From: Gemmatimonadota bacterium
GTDB lineage: Bacteria; Gemmatimonadota; Gemmatimonadetes; Gemmatimonadales; GWC2-71-9
NCBI GenBank assembly: GCA_003221895.1
Contig: QHUJ01000118.1
Location: 3,925 to 67,924 of the forward strand
Reading direction: 5' to 3'
DNA length: 64,000 nt
The translations under genes were made by a program, and so were the position numbers. This document shows, piece after piece, positions 35,793 through 44,372 of the stretch. Numbering within the stretch: position 1 is the first letter of the stretch; every line of letters begins with the position of its first letter. Under the pieces are notes generated by a model that had not been told where the DNA came from, made no database searches, and worked only from the letters and a program-made list of their open reading frames with translations.

Positions 35793-37247
35793 TCACCGTC
35801 TCCGAGACACATGGAGGTCGAGCGCGCTCATGCGGTGAATGTCGCGTGCCACGGTCGTGAGGCCGATGAGGATGATCACGCCACCGAGCAATCCGACCGC
35901 CGGCAGGAACAACATCGCGCCCTGCAGGCTGCCCGTGCGGTCCGACAAGTAGCCGATGAGCGGCGGTGCCAGCGCGTCGCCCGCGAGATGCGAGAACAAC
36001 ACGAACGCTCCCAGGACGGACGCCTGCACGGTCGCCGGGACGACGTCGAGAATCACGGCGACGAGGGGGCCGTTATACCACGTGTACAGGAAGTATGTGG
36101 CCATAATGAGCGGGCCGAACCAGCGCAGATCCCTGACCAGGATCAAGGCCGCGCAGACTGGCGCCCCGAGGACGAATCCGGCACCGGACACGAGGACGCG
36201 TCCCCCGCTCCACCGCTGCTGGAGCCGATCGGCCATCCGGCCGCCGACGAGCGCCCCCAGGATGCCGCCACCCAGCGCCCACAGCCCGAAGTCGGCGCCC
36301 ACGCGCGCGACGGACAGCCCGTGAGTTCGCTGCATGAACGCGGCCGCCCAGGCCACCAGCCCATTCACCGCGAATGTGATCATCGCGCCGCCGAGAAACA
36401 CCCAGATCAAAGTCGGTGTGCGGAGCACCCTCACCGCAGCGTCCTGAAAGTCGTCGAACGCGCCAACAGCGACGGCACCTGCTTCCGTCGTGCGCCGCAC
36501 AGCCAACGGGACGAGCCGCCAGACGGTCCAGGCGATCCCGACGCTCACGCCCACACCAAAAACGGCTGTGCCGATCAGGGGGGGAATGCCCTCAAAAAGC
36601 GCCAGCACGCCCGCGATCGCCGCGCCGATTCCGGCGCAGACGGCGAGTGGCGCCACATAGTGCGTCACGCCGAGCATTCCGTGCCGCCACCATTGGCGCA
36701 GAATCTCGAGAATGGGCCGGGGCGGCCGCCGATCCAGCTCACGCAAACGCGATGCAAGCAGCGCCAACACCAGACCGGGGAACCCCATCCAGATGAAAGC
36801 CCACCGCCAGCCGTAATTCTCCGCGATGACGCCGCCGAACCAGATCCCGAGCACCCCACCGAGCGCCATCCCGACGGAGTACACGCCGATCGCAAAGGCG
36901 CGCTGCTTGCCCTTGAAGTATTGGGCAATGACCGCCTGAGATGCGGGTCCGTAGCCCGCCTCTCCGAAGCCCACGAGCGCGCGGCAGGTGAACAGCTGCC
37001 AGAAGCGACCCACAAATCCACCCGCCGTCGTCGCCAGGCTCCAGACCGTCACGCCCCAGGTGATCACGCTGCGCCGCGACCGCAGATCGCCAATGACGCC
37101 GAGCGGCAGCGCCGCGAGCGAGAGCACAATGATGTACGCCGAACCGAGCCAGCCAAGCTGCGCGTCGGTGAGATTCAGGTCGCGCTTGATCGGCTCAAAC
37201 ACCGCATACACGACGTTGCGGTCGAGGTAGTTCAGCAAATTGACCAA
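35793..37247 (-). CDS. MFS transporter (Spinster-like); the true N-terminus probably lies upstream of the TTG at 37247
   Basis: LNYLDRNVV motif after TM1 and 12-TM-like hydrophobicity. The upstream in-frame sequence encodes the rest of TM1 (RAYAVYVLGLLAL) but has no ATG/GTG/TTG. Confidence 0.85.
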   Translation of the reverse strand: MVNLLNYLDRNVVYAVFEPIKRDLNLTDAQLGWLGSAYIIVLSLAALPLGVIGDLRSRRSVITWGVTVWSLATTAGGFVGRFWQLFTCRALVGFGEAGYGPASQAVIAQYFKGKQRAFAIGVYSVGMALGGVLGIWFGGVIAENYGWRWAFIWMGFPGLVLALLASRLRELDRRPPRPILEILRQWWRHGMLGVTHYVAPLAVCAGIGAAIAGVLALFEGIPPLIGTAVFGVGVSVGIAWTVWRLVPLAVRRTTEAGAVAVGAFDDFQDAAVRVLRTPTLIWVFLGGAMITFAVNGLVAWAAAFMQRTHGLSVARVGADFGLWALGGGILGALVGGRMADRLQQRWSGGRVLVSGAGFVLGAPVCAALILVRDLRWFGPLIMATYFLYTWYNGPLVAVILDVVPATVQASVLGAFVLFSHLAGDALAPPLIGYLSDRTGSLQGAMLFLPAVGLLGGVIILIGLTTVARDIHRMSALDLHVSRRR

Positions 37248-37308
37248 TGCCAGGAGACCCAGGACGTAGACGGCATACGCCCGGGTTGGACGGTCGGACT
37301 TCGGGGTT

Positions 37309-38451
37309 TCAGCGGGCGCCGCTGCCCCCGCCAGTGGCTGCCTCGGCGCGCGCGTCGCGATCGGACTTCGCTTCCAGATAGGACTCAGTCAGCTCGCGCA
37401 TCATCTCCTCGCGCCGGTCGTAGAGGCGTTTCAGCTGGCGCGGCTTGCGACGGGCGAGCGCGTACGATGCCAGAATGGGGAACGCCACCGTGTTGTCCAG
37501 GTACGCGACCACGGTCCCGGGCAGCTTATCGGGATCGACCTTGCCCCAACTGACGGCCTCCGATGGCGTCGCGCCGGAGAGCCCACCGGTGTCGGGGCGT
37601 GCGTCCGTGACCTGCAGATAGTAGTCGTGCCCCTTCTCGCTGATCCCCAGCACCTCCTGGATCTGTGGCTCGGTCTGCAGCACGAAGTTCTTGGGGCTCC
37701 CGCCGCCGATGATCAGGACGCCGCTCTTCCCGCCACGAATTTTGGCGGAGAACACGATCGACGACGTCTCGTTCACATCGGCGCTGACGTCGAACCGCAG
37801 CTTGCTTCCCGAAAGGGCCTGCTCGGCGACGTTCATCCCGATCGAGGAGTCGCCAGGCGACGAGGTATAAATCGGAACGGCGGCGATATGCGCCGCGCTC
37901 AATACCGACTTGCGGGAGAGGCCGAGCGCCCGCTCGCGCTCCAAAACATAGCCGCCCAGCAGGTAGTGGTATTCGGCGGTGCTCATCGGCCGCTGGAACT
38001 CCTGCCGGGCTGAGACCTCGCGCACGAAGCGGTCAGTGGAGAGCAGCACGTCGTAATCGAAGAAGATGTCGTAGATCCGCACGACGCCTTCTTCCCGCAG
38101 CACGACATCGTCCGCGAACGGCGTGCCGCGATGCATCGCCATGCCGAGGCCGAAGTGCGCATCGTGGTAGAGATTCGCGCCGGTCGATACGATCCAGTCG
38201 ACGAATCCCGCTTCGATCAGCGGAATGATCGTGGACATGCCGAGCCCTGCCGGGGTCATCGCGCCCGTGAGACTCATGCCGACCGTGACATCGTCGGCGA
38301 GCATGCGTTCGGCGAACAGCCGGCAGCCTTCCGCGAGGCGGCCCGCGTTGTAGGCGAGGAACGCGTTGTCGACGAGGTCGGCAACCGTCTCTGTGCCGCT
38401 GACGGGCTTGGGGCTGATGCGCTGGCCGCGCAGGAACTCGTTCTGGGTCAT
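37309..38451 (-). CDS. Deoxyhypusine synthase family protein (bacterial DHS-like / homospermidine-synthase-like)
   Basis: [44 protein letters not shown] 38451 overlaps the LOG stop as ATGA. The ORF-track start at 38820 is an extension. Confidence 0.85.
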   Translation of the reverse strand: MTQNEFLRGQRISPKPVSGTETVADLVDNAFLAYNAGRLAEGCRLFAERMLADDVTVGMSLTGAMTPAGLGMSTIIPLIEAGFVDWIVSTGANLYHDAHFGLGMAMHRGTPFADDVVLREEGVVRIYDIFFDYDVLLSTDRFVREVSARQEFQRPMSTAEYHYLLGGYVLERERALGLSRKSVLSAAHIAAVPIYTSSPGDSSIGMNVAEQALSGSKLRFDVSADVNETSSIVFSAKIRGGKSGVLIIGGGSPKNFVLQTEPQIQEVLGISEKGHDYYLQVTDARPDTGGLSGATPSEAVSWGKVDPDKLPGTVVAYLDNTVAFPILASYALARRKPRQLKRLYDRREEMMRELTESYLEAKSDRDARAEAATGGGSGAR

Positions 38452-39224
38452 CGCGTGGACTGGCTGATCGGTTGCATGGCGCGGAAGGCGCGCGTGCGTC
38501 GTTCGCGGGCTTCCACGATCCACCCGAGCGTCTCCTTGGGGTCGTCGGTGACGAGAAACAGATTCAGATCTTCCGGCGAAATCTTCCCCTCGGCGGCCAC
38601 CCGGTCCTTGAGCCAATCGGCGAGGCCGCGCCAGTACTCCCGGCCGAACAGCACGACGGGGAACTGCTTCACTTTGCCCGTCTGCACGAGCGTCAGCGCT
38701 TCGAACAGCTCGTCCATCGTCCCGTAGCCTCCGGGGAAGGCGATGAATGCCGTCGAATATTTCACGAACATGGTCTTCCGCACAAAGAAGTAGCGGAAGT
38801 TGATCGCGCGCTCCACCCATGGGTTCGTGCCCTGTTCGAACGGCAGCTCGATGTTGCAGCCGATCGAGAGCCCGCCACCTTCTTTGGCCCCGCGATTGGC
38901 CGCTGCCATGATTCCTGGCCCACCGCCCGTGATGATCGCGAAGCCTTCCTTGGCGAGCATACGGGAGGTCTCGTAGGCCGCCGTGTAGAACGGATCGTCC
39001 TCGAGCGTGCGGGCCGAGCCGAAGACCGTCACGGCGTTGCGCACGTCAGACAGTGTGTCGAATCCCTCGACGAACTCGCCCATGATGCGCAGCACGCGCC
39101 ACGGGTCCGTGCTCGTGAACGACGCCCGCCGCTCGATCGGAACGACCTGCGGCGGTGTGAGAAGTTGTTCGTCTTCAGTGAGTGGGCTGCGCGGCGAGGC
39201 GCTCGGTTGCTCTGACATTGTCAT
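38448..39224 (-). CDS. LOG family protein (TIGR00730 / 'lysine decarboxylase-like' phosphoribohydrolase fold)
   Basis: [44 protein letters not shown]. The start is ATG 39224 or 39218 and overlaps the aminotransferase 3' end by 44-50 nt. Confidence 0.88.
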   Translation of the reverse strand: MTMSEQPSASPRSPLTEDEQLLTPPQVVPIERRASFTSTDPWRVLRIMGEFVEGFDTLSDVRNAVTVFGSARTLEDDPFYTAAYETSRMLAKEGFAIITGGGPGIMAAANRGAKEGGGLSIGCNIELPFEQGTNPWVERAINFRYFFVRKTMFVKYSTAFIAFPGGYGTMDELFEALTLVQTGKVKQFPVVLFGREYWRGLADWLKDRVAAEGKISPEDLNLFLVTDDPKETLGWIVEARERRTRAFRAMQPISQSTR

Positions 39225-40344
39225 CCTGCGAGTTATAAAAGAAAGGCGAGAGTCGGACGTGGCCTGGCCGGCTGTCGGCAATGATGCCGCCCGCGGCCAG
39301 GTGTCGGACGGATCCCGCCGGATCCGGCATCGGAATCATGACGATCGCCGAGCGCTGCTGGGGCTCGGCGGCGATCTTCGGGTGGAATCCCGCGGCGCGC
39401 GCCCGCGCGATCAGGTCTTCGGTCAGCGCGGCGGTCGCTTCCCGAATGGTGGAAATGCCGATCTCCTCGATGTACTCGAGCCCGCCCAGCTGCGCGTAGA
39501 CGGCGGCGAGCGACGGCGTGCCGAGCTCGAAACGGCGCGTGTCGTCGTGAAACGTCAACGTGCGGGGGTCGAACGCGAACTGATCGCGCTGCCCGAACCA
39601 GCCCGAGATCGCGGGCTCGAGCCGGCGGGCCACCGCTTCGCGCAGGTAGAGGAACACGATCCCCGGCCCGCCGAGCAGCCACTTGAGGCCGCCGGCGACC
39701 AGCGCGTCGACTCCGGCGTCGCGCACGTCGACGGGGATCTGGCCGACCGACTGGTACGCATCGATCAGGCAGAGCGCGCCGTGCTCGTGGGCCGCCGCGG
39801 CGACGCGCTTGATGTCCTGGATGGCGCCGCTCGTGAAGTACACATGCGAGGTCACGACCAATGCCGTGCGGTCGTCGACGGCTCGCGCGATCGCGTCGAC
39901 GGGTACGCTGACGCGGTCCGGACTCTCGACGATCACGAGCTCCACACCGGCGCGCACTTTGGCGAGCCACTGATACGCGACCGTGGGAAAATCGAGCGAC
40001 GTGATCACCACTTTCGGGCGACGGCGGTAATCGATTGACTCGGCGATCGCGCTGAGGGCGACCGAGATGCTCGGCGCGAGGGCGATTTCCCCCGGCGCCG
40101 CGTTGACGACCCGGCCGTAACGCGCGCGCAGGTCCGTCAGCGCCTCCCACCAGACGTCGTACCACGCGGCGGCGCCGCGACTCTGCCAGATGTCGAGGAA
40201 TTCGGCTACCTTGCGGCGAGACCGCTCGCCCAACGCGCCCAGCGAGCAGGTGTTGAGGTAGACGCTGTCCCTAAAGATGGGAAACTCGCCGCGATACGTG
40301 GCGAGTCCAAGCGCGCGTGGGTGTACGCTGCTTGCGAGCGTCAT
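39175..40344 (-). CDS. Class-V aminotransferase-fold PLP-dependent enzyme (cysteine desulfurase/kynureninase-like)
   Basis: FPIFRDSVYLNTCSLGAL, TSHVYFTSGAIQD, LIDAYQSVGQIPVDV, GGLKWLLGGPG (PLP-Lys region); 389 aa. Confidence 0.85.
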   Translation of the reverse strand: MTLASSVHPRALGLATYRGEFPIFRDSVYLNTCSLGALGERSRRKVAEFLDIWQSRGAAAWYDVWWEALTDLRARYGRVVNAAPGEIALAPSISVALSAIAESIDYRRRPKVVITSLDFPTVAYQWLAKVRAGVELVIVESPDRVSVPVDAIARAVDDRTALVVTSHVYFTSGAIQDIKRVAAAAHEHGALCLIDAYQSVGQIPVDVRDAGVDALVAGGLKWLLGGPGIVFLYLREAVARRLEPAISGWFGQRDQFAFDPRTLTFHDDTRRFELGTPSLAAVYAQLGGLEYIEEIGISTIREATAALTEDLIARARAAGFHPKIAAEPQQRSAIVMIPMPDPAGSVRHLAAGGIIADSRPGHVRLSPFFYNSQDDNVRATERLAAQPTH

Positions 40345-40366
40345 AGGTCGTGAATATACAGAAGGA

Positions 40367-40633
40367 ATGCAGCGTATCGCGAGTTGGTCGGGACTCTACG
40401 TTCGTTTGGCGGCGCGCGCGCTGGTGCGGCCGCGACTCGCCATCGATTTGCTGCGACTCACGTGGAGTTTTCGCGCGCGCAACTGGTGGCGCCGGCCGCC
40501 CTTTCTTCCCATTCCACCCCGCGAGTACATGCAATGGCGGATGTTCACCGCATATGGCGACGAGCAGGCCGTGCCCCCGGTCGATGACGTGGTGAACTTC
40601 GCGCGCTGGCGGCGCGAAACGATGGGGCTCTGA
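40367..40633 (+). CDS. Small hypothetical protein (88 aa), Arg/Trp-rich
   Basis: ATG 40367 preceded by GAAGGA. The ORF is closely followed by queG (10-nt gap). No recognised motif. Confidence 0.55.
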   Translation: MQRIASWSGLYVRLAARALVRPRLAIDLLRLTWSFRARNWWRRPPFLPIPPREYMQWRMFTAYGDEQAVPPVDDVVNFARWRRETMGL

Positions 40634-40643
40634 ACCTCCTCGT

Positions 40644-41576
40644 ATGAACCCCGCCGAGCGAAGCCTCGAGGTCAAGCGTCGAGCCACGGCGTTGGGATTC
40701 ACCCTGACGGGTGTTACGCGGCTGGACCGCAACCCACACGCCGCAGAGCTCGATGCCTGGCTCGCTGCCGGGCATGCCGGCACGATGACGTATCTCCACC
40801 GGCAGGCCGAGAAGCGGAAGGACCCCCGAACGATCATGCCGGGGGCGAAGGCGGCGGTTGTGACACTGACCAGTTATTTCCATGGTTGGCGTGCCCCGGG
40901 GCCACGTTCCGGCGCAGAGGTCGCCCAATACGCCTGGTCCTCGGACTACCACGATGTGCTCGGCGCGCGCCTGGAAGAGCTTGCGGCTGCAATCGGCGAG
41001 CTGATCCCCGGCTCGACGGCCCGCTGCTACGTGGACGCCGGACCGGTGCCCGAGCGCGAGCTGGCACAGCTCGCCGGCCTCGGATGGATCGGTAAGAACA
41101 TGATGCTGATCAACCCGGAGATCGGCTCATTCACATTCATCGGCGTCGTTCTGACGGACGCCGAGCTCGAGCCGGATTTGCCGTTCGAGGCGGATCGCTG
41201 CGGCAGCTGCCGGCGCTGCCTCGACGCATGCCCCACCCAGGCGTTCGTCGGACCACGCAACCTCGATGCGCGCGCGTGTATCTCGTATCTGACGATCGAG
41301 CATCGCGGCGAGTTCACCGCCGCCCAGCGCGAGCAAGTGGGCGAATGGCTGTTTGGATGCGACGTCTGTCAGGACGTTTGTCCCTGGAATGTCAGCTTCG
41401 CGCGCGCCACGAGCGACGCCGCCTTTGCGCCGCGCGGCGATGTTGCGACGCCCGATCCTGATGCGATCCTGGATATGGCCGACGAGGACTTCGTGTCCCA
41501 GTACGCCGATACGCCATTCGCGCGGCCCGGGGCTGCCGGCATGCGCCGCAACGCCGCGGCGGTGCGCGCGCGATGA
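40644..41576 (+). CDS. queG: Epoxyqueuosine reductase
   Basis: GHAGTMTYL, two 4Fe-4S motifs CGSCRRCLDACP and CDVCQDVCPWN, CISYLTIEHRG. Confidence 0.93.
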   Translation: MNPAERSLEVKRRATALGFTLTGVTRLDRNPHAAELDAWLAAGHAGTMTYLHRQAEKRKDPRTIMPGAKAAVVTLTSYFHGWRAPGPRSGAEVAQYAWSSDYHDVLGARLEELAAAIGELIPGSTARCYVDAGPVPERELAQLAGLGWIGKNMMLINPEIGSFTFIGVVLTDAELEPDLPFEADRCGSCRRCLDACPTQAFVGPRNLDARACISYLTIEHRGEFTAAQREQVGEWLFGCDVCQDVCPWNVSFARATSDAAFAPRGDVATPDPDAILDMADEDFVSQYADTPFARPGAAGMRRNAAAVRAR

Positions 41577-41842
41577 CCTCGGCCGAGCGCATATCTGATC
41601 TGCAGCGAAAACTCGCCGATGGCCTGGCGACGATCGATCCGCATCACCGCCTGCTGGGTCGTCCCGTCAGCTACCGGATCATCGACGGACGGACGCTCGA
41701 GATCACGTTTCGCGACGTGGCGGGCATTGCCGACACTGAAGTGCTGGGCGTCAAGCGTGTCATCGGCCAGGAGTGTTTCTGCAGTGTGAGTCCCCAGTCG
41801 GCCGAACGGCTCCTGGTGCGGTTCGTCGTCCCTCTGAAGTAG
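41573..41842 (+). CDS. Hypothetical protein (89 aa), ATGA-coupled to queG
   Basis: The ORF overlaps the queG stop by 4 nt. No recognised motif. Confidence 0.55.
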   Translation: MTSAERISDLQRKLADGLATIDPHHRLLGRPVSYRIIDGRTLEITFRDVAGIADTEVLGVKRVIGQECFCSVSPQSAERLLVRFVVPLK

Positions 41843-41843
41843 C

Positions 41844-43328
41844 CTACTTCCCGGCGACGCGAGACACGACGTCGTAGTAGAACCGCACGCCAAAGCGGAG
41901 TGCGTCCAGGCTCACGCGCTCGTCGTTGCCGTGCACGCCGCGCGAGTCATTGTCCGACAACGGGAATGGGCTCAGACCGTAGCTCTGAATCCCCAGGCGG
42001 CGGAAGTAGTGGCTGTCGGTGAAGCCCGGCAGCATCAGCGTGGTGACGAGCGCGTTGGCCTGGCGCACCCGGGCCACCGCCGTGATCGCGCGAAACATGT
42101 CCGTCTCCGTCGAGCTTTCGGTGGCCGGCCAGTTCGGCCCTTGCGGCTTGAACGTCACCGCCGTGTCACCCACGATGCGCACGAGATCGGTGAGAAAAGC
42201 CGCCGGTTCCTGACCGGGCAGCAGCCGCACGTCGAGCGCCGCGGTCGCGCTCGGCGGAATCACGTTGGTCTTGTCGCTGCCTTGCAGGCCCGTGATCGAG
42301 ATCGTATTGCGGAGCAGCGCGTTGTAGGTGAGGTCCGACGTCAGCGTACGGACGGCCAGCGAATCGCGCAGCGCCGTCTTGATGTCGGCCAGCCAGCGGC
42401 GCACCGTCGTGTCGCGTTCGATTGTGGCGAGGTCGCGAAACGAGCGCTCTACCGTGGGCGTCACGAGCAACGGCGTCTGCCAGTCGGCGATCTTGCTCAG
42501 TGCCCGAACCAGGCGATTGACGGGATTGTCGGGAGTGGGACGCGAGCCGTGTCCGGCGGTGCCCCGGGCCGTGACATCGAGCCAGTACGGTGACTTTTCC
42601 GTCGTGCCGACGCCGAAAAACTGGACGCCGCCGCGGCCGTCGGAGCGCGTCAATCCGCCTTCATTCAGCAGGAACTCGGCGTCGCGCAGCAGATCGCGCT
42701 GGTGCTCGACAAACCATCCGGCGCCCACTCCAGCGCCGATCTCTTCGTCGGCCGTGGCAAGAAAGATGATGTCGCGCTTCAGCGGCACGTGCGCGCGCCT
42801 GAGAATCAGCATGGTCATCAGCTGTGCGACCGCTTCGCCCTTCATATCCAGCGCGCCGCGGCCCCACACGTAGCCGTCCTTGATCACGCCGCTGAACGGA
42901 TCGACGGTCCAGTATTCCGGCGACGCCAGCACAACGTCCATGTGGTTGAGCAGGATCAGCGGTCGAGCGCTGCCGTCCCCGGCGAGCCGGGCGTACAGAT
43001 TGGCCTTGCCAGGCGCGGGTTCGAAGATCCGCGCCTCGATCCCGTCGCGCTGCAGGACCGCCGCCAGCCACCGCGCCGCGACGATCTCATTGCCGGGCGG
43101 ATTGGTCGTATTGATGCGGATGTAGCGCGAGAGCAGGGCCCCCGCTTCATCGCCCAGCGTCTTCCAGTCGGATTCGACCGGCGCCGCAATCAGCGCGACT
43201 CGCTCGGGCGTCTCCAACACGGGCGCGTTCGCTGGGCCAGCGAGCGGCGGCGCGGGATTGCGTGCGCAAGAGGTGAACAGCAGCAGGAACAGGCCTGACC
43301 TCCACCATCCTTTACCAGCCTTCACCAT
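41844..43328 (-). CDS. M20 family metallopeptidase (dipeptidase/carboxypeptidase-like), probable lipoprotein
   Basis: Signal MVKAGKGWWRSGLFLLLFTSC. Metal motifs LLNHMDVV, GRGALDMKG, ADEE. Confidence 0.88.
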   Translation of the reverse strand: MVKAGKGWWRSGLFLLLFTSCARNPAPPLAGPANAPVLETPERVALIAAPVESDWKTLGDEAGALLSRYIRINTTNPPGNEIVAARWLAAVLQRDGIEARIFEPAPGKANLYARLAGDGSARPLILLNHMDVVLASPEYWTVDPFSGVIKDGYVWGRGALDMKGEAVAQLMTMLILRRAHVPLKRDIIFLATADEEIGAGVGAGWFVEHQRDLLRDAEFLLNEGGLTRSDGRGGVQFFGVGTTEKSPYWLDVTARGTAGHGSRPTPDNPVNRLVRALSKIADWQTPLLVTPTVERSFRDLATIERDTTVRRWLADIKTALRDSLAVRTLTSDLTYNALLRNTISITGLQGSDKTNVIPPSATAALDVRLLPGQEPAAFLTDLVRIVGDTAVTFKPQGPNWPATESSTETDMFRAITAVARVRQANALVTTLMLPGFTDSHYFRRLGIQSYGLSPFPLSDNDSRGVHGNDERVSLDALRFGVRFYYDVVSRVAGK

Positions 43329-43343
43329 CCTCCACCGTCCTTC

Positions 43344-44345
43344 CTAAAGGCTCAGCGTCTCGCCGTGCGCGAGCTGGCGGTAGTTCTCTTCCGGCAGGCC
43401 GGCCGCCCGCCAGGCGACGCGCGCGCGCATTGGCGGCTCATCCATCGCTTCGTCGGTCAGCTTGAATGTGCCCCAGTGAATGGGCACCATCACCCGGGCG
43501 TTCAGCGCCGCGAACGCTGCCACCGCTTCCTCGGGGTTCATGTGGACGTAGCGCATGAACCAGCGCGGCTCGTACGCACCGATCGGCAGGAGCGCGAGGT
43601 CGAACGGGCCGTAACGCTCGCCGATGGTGGCGAAGTCCGGATGAAAGCCGGTATCGCCGGCGAAGAATACGCGCCGTCCACTCGCCGCTGTGAGCGTAAA
43701 GCCGCACCACAGTGTGTCGCCGCGATCTCCAATGCTGCGGCTGCTGAAATGCATCGCCGGCGTGGCCGCGATCCGCAGGGAATCCACCGCGTGCTCCTGC
43801 CACCAATCCAGCTCGGCGACCGCGCTCGCGCGAGCGCCGCGCGTGCGCACGAACGCCGCGAGGCCAAGCGGCGTCAGCCAGAAGGCCTGCGGATGGCGCC
43901 GCGCCAGTTGGCGCACGGTGAAGTCGTCGAGATGGTCGTAGTGGTTGTGCGACTGGAGTACGACATCGAGCGGCGGCAGGTCATCGAGTGCGATTCCCGG
44001 CGGCACCCAGCGCCGGGGGCCGATGAACTGTGCCGGTGAAGCGCGCCCGCTCCACATCGGATCGGTGAGAATGTTCAGACCATTGATCTGAATCAGCAGG
44101 CTGGCATGTCCCACCCAGGTGACCGTGAGCTGCGAGGCCGAAGCACGGGGACGTACAAAGGAAGGCTGCACCCGTCTGAACACCGACGGGTCGGGATCTT
44201 TGGGTCGCGGTCGCGTCGCGCGATGCACGAGCATCCATTTGAGCAAACCGCCGAAGCCCGGCACGGCCTGGTCAACCCATGGATTGCGAAAACCGCCCCC
44301 CGGGCGGTGATGTGATGGAAGAGCTGTTAGTGGCACGGCGCGCAA
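43344..44345 (-). CDS. MBL-fold metallo-hydrolase (NAPE-PLD-like)
   Basis: HHRPGGGFRNPW N-terminus and the LQSHNHYDHLD metal-binding motif. Confidence 0.88.
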   Translation of the reverse strand: MRAVPLTALPSHHRPGGGFRNPWVDQAVPGFGGLLKWMLVHRATRPRPKDPDPSVFRRVQPSFVRPRASASQLTVTWVGHASLLIQINGLNILTDPMWSGRASPAQFIGPRRWVPPGIALDDLPPLDVVLQSHNHYDHLDDFTVRQLARRHPQAFWLTPLGLAAFVRTRGARASAVAELDWWQEHAVDSLRIAATPAMHFSSRSIGDRGDTLWCGFTLTAASGRRVFFAGDTGFHPDFATIGERYGPFDLALLPIGAYEPRWFMRYVHMNPEEAVAAFAALNARVMVPIHWGTFKLTDEAMDEPPMRARVAWRAAGLPEENYRQLAHGETLSL

Positions 44346-44372
44346 TATAGCCGCGCCGTGCTACCAACGCGC

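Noticed and set aside
35538-37553. 671-aa plus-strand ORF
   Set aside because: Antisense to the MFS transporter and parts of the ATP-grasp and DHS-like genes. The translation is extremely Arg/Pro/His/Asp-rich and has no motifs. It is a GC-driven shadow ORF.
44331-44347. Second TGGCAC hexamer (TGGCACGGCGCGCAATA) resembling a sigma-54 -24 box
   Set aside because: The GC of the -12 element is shifted out of register (GC at positions 12-13 instead of 14-15). The site also overlaps the MBL hydrolase start on the wrong strand for any downstream gene.
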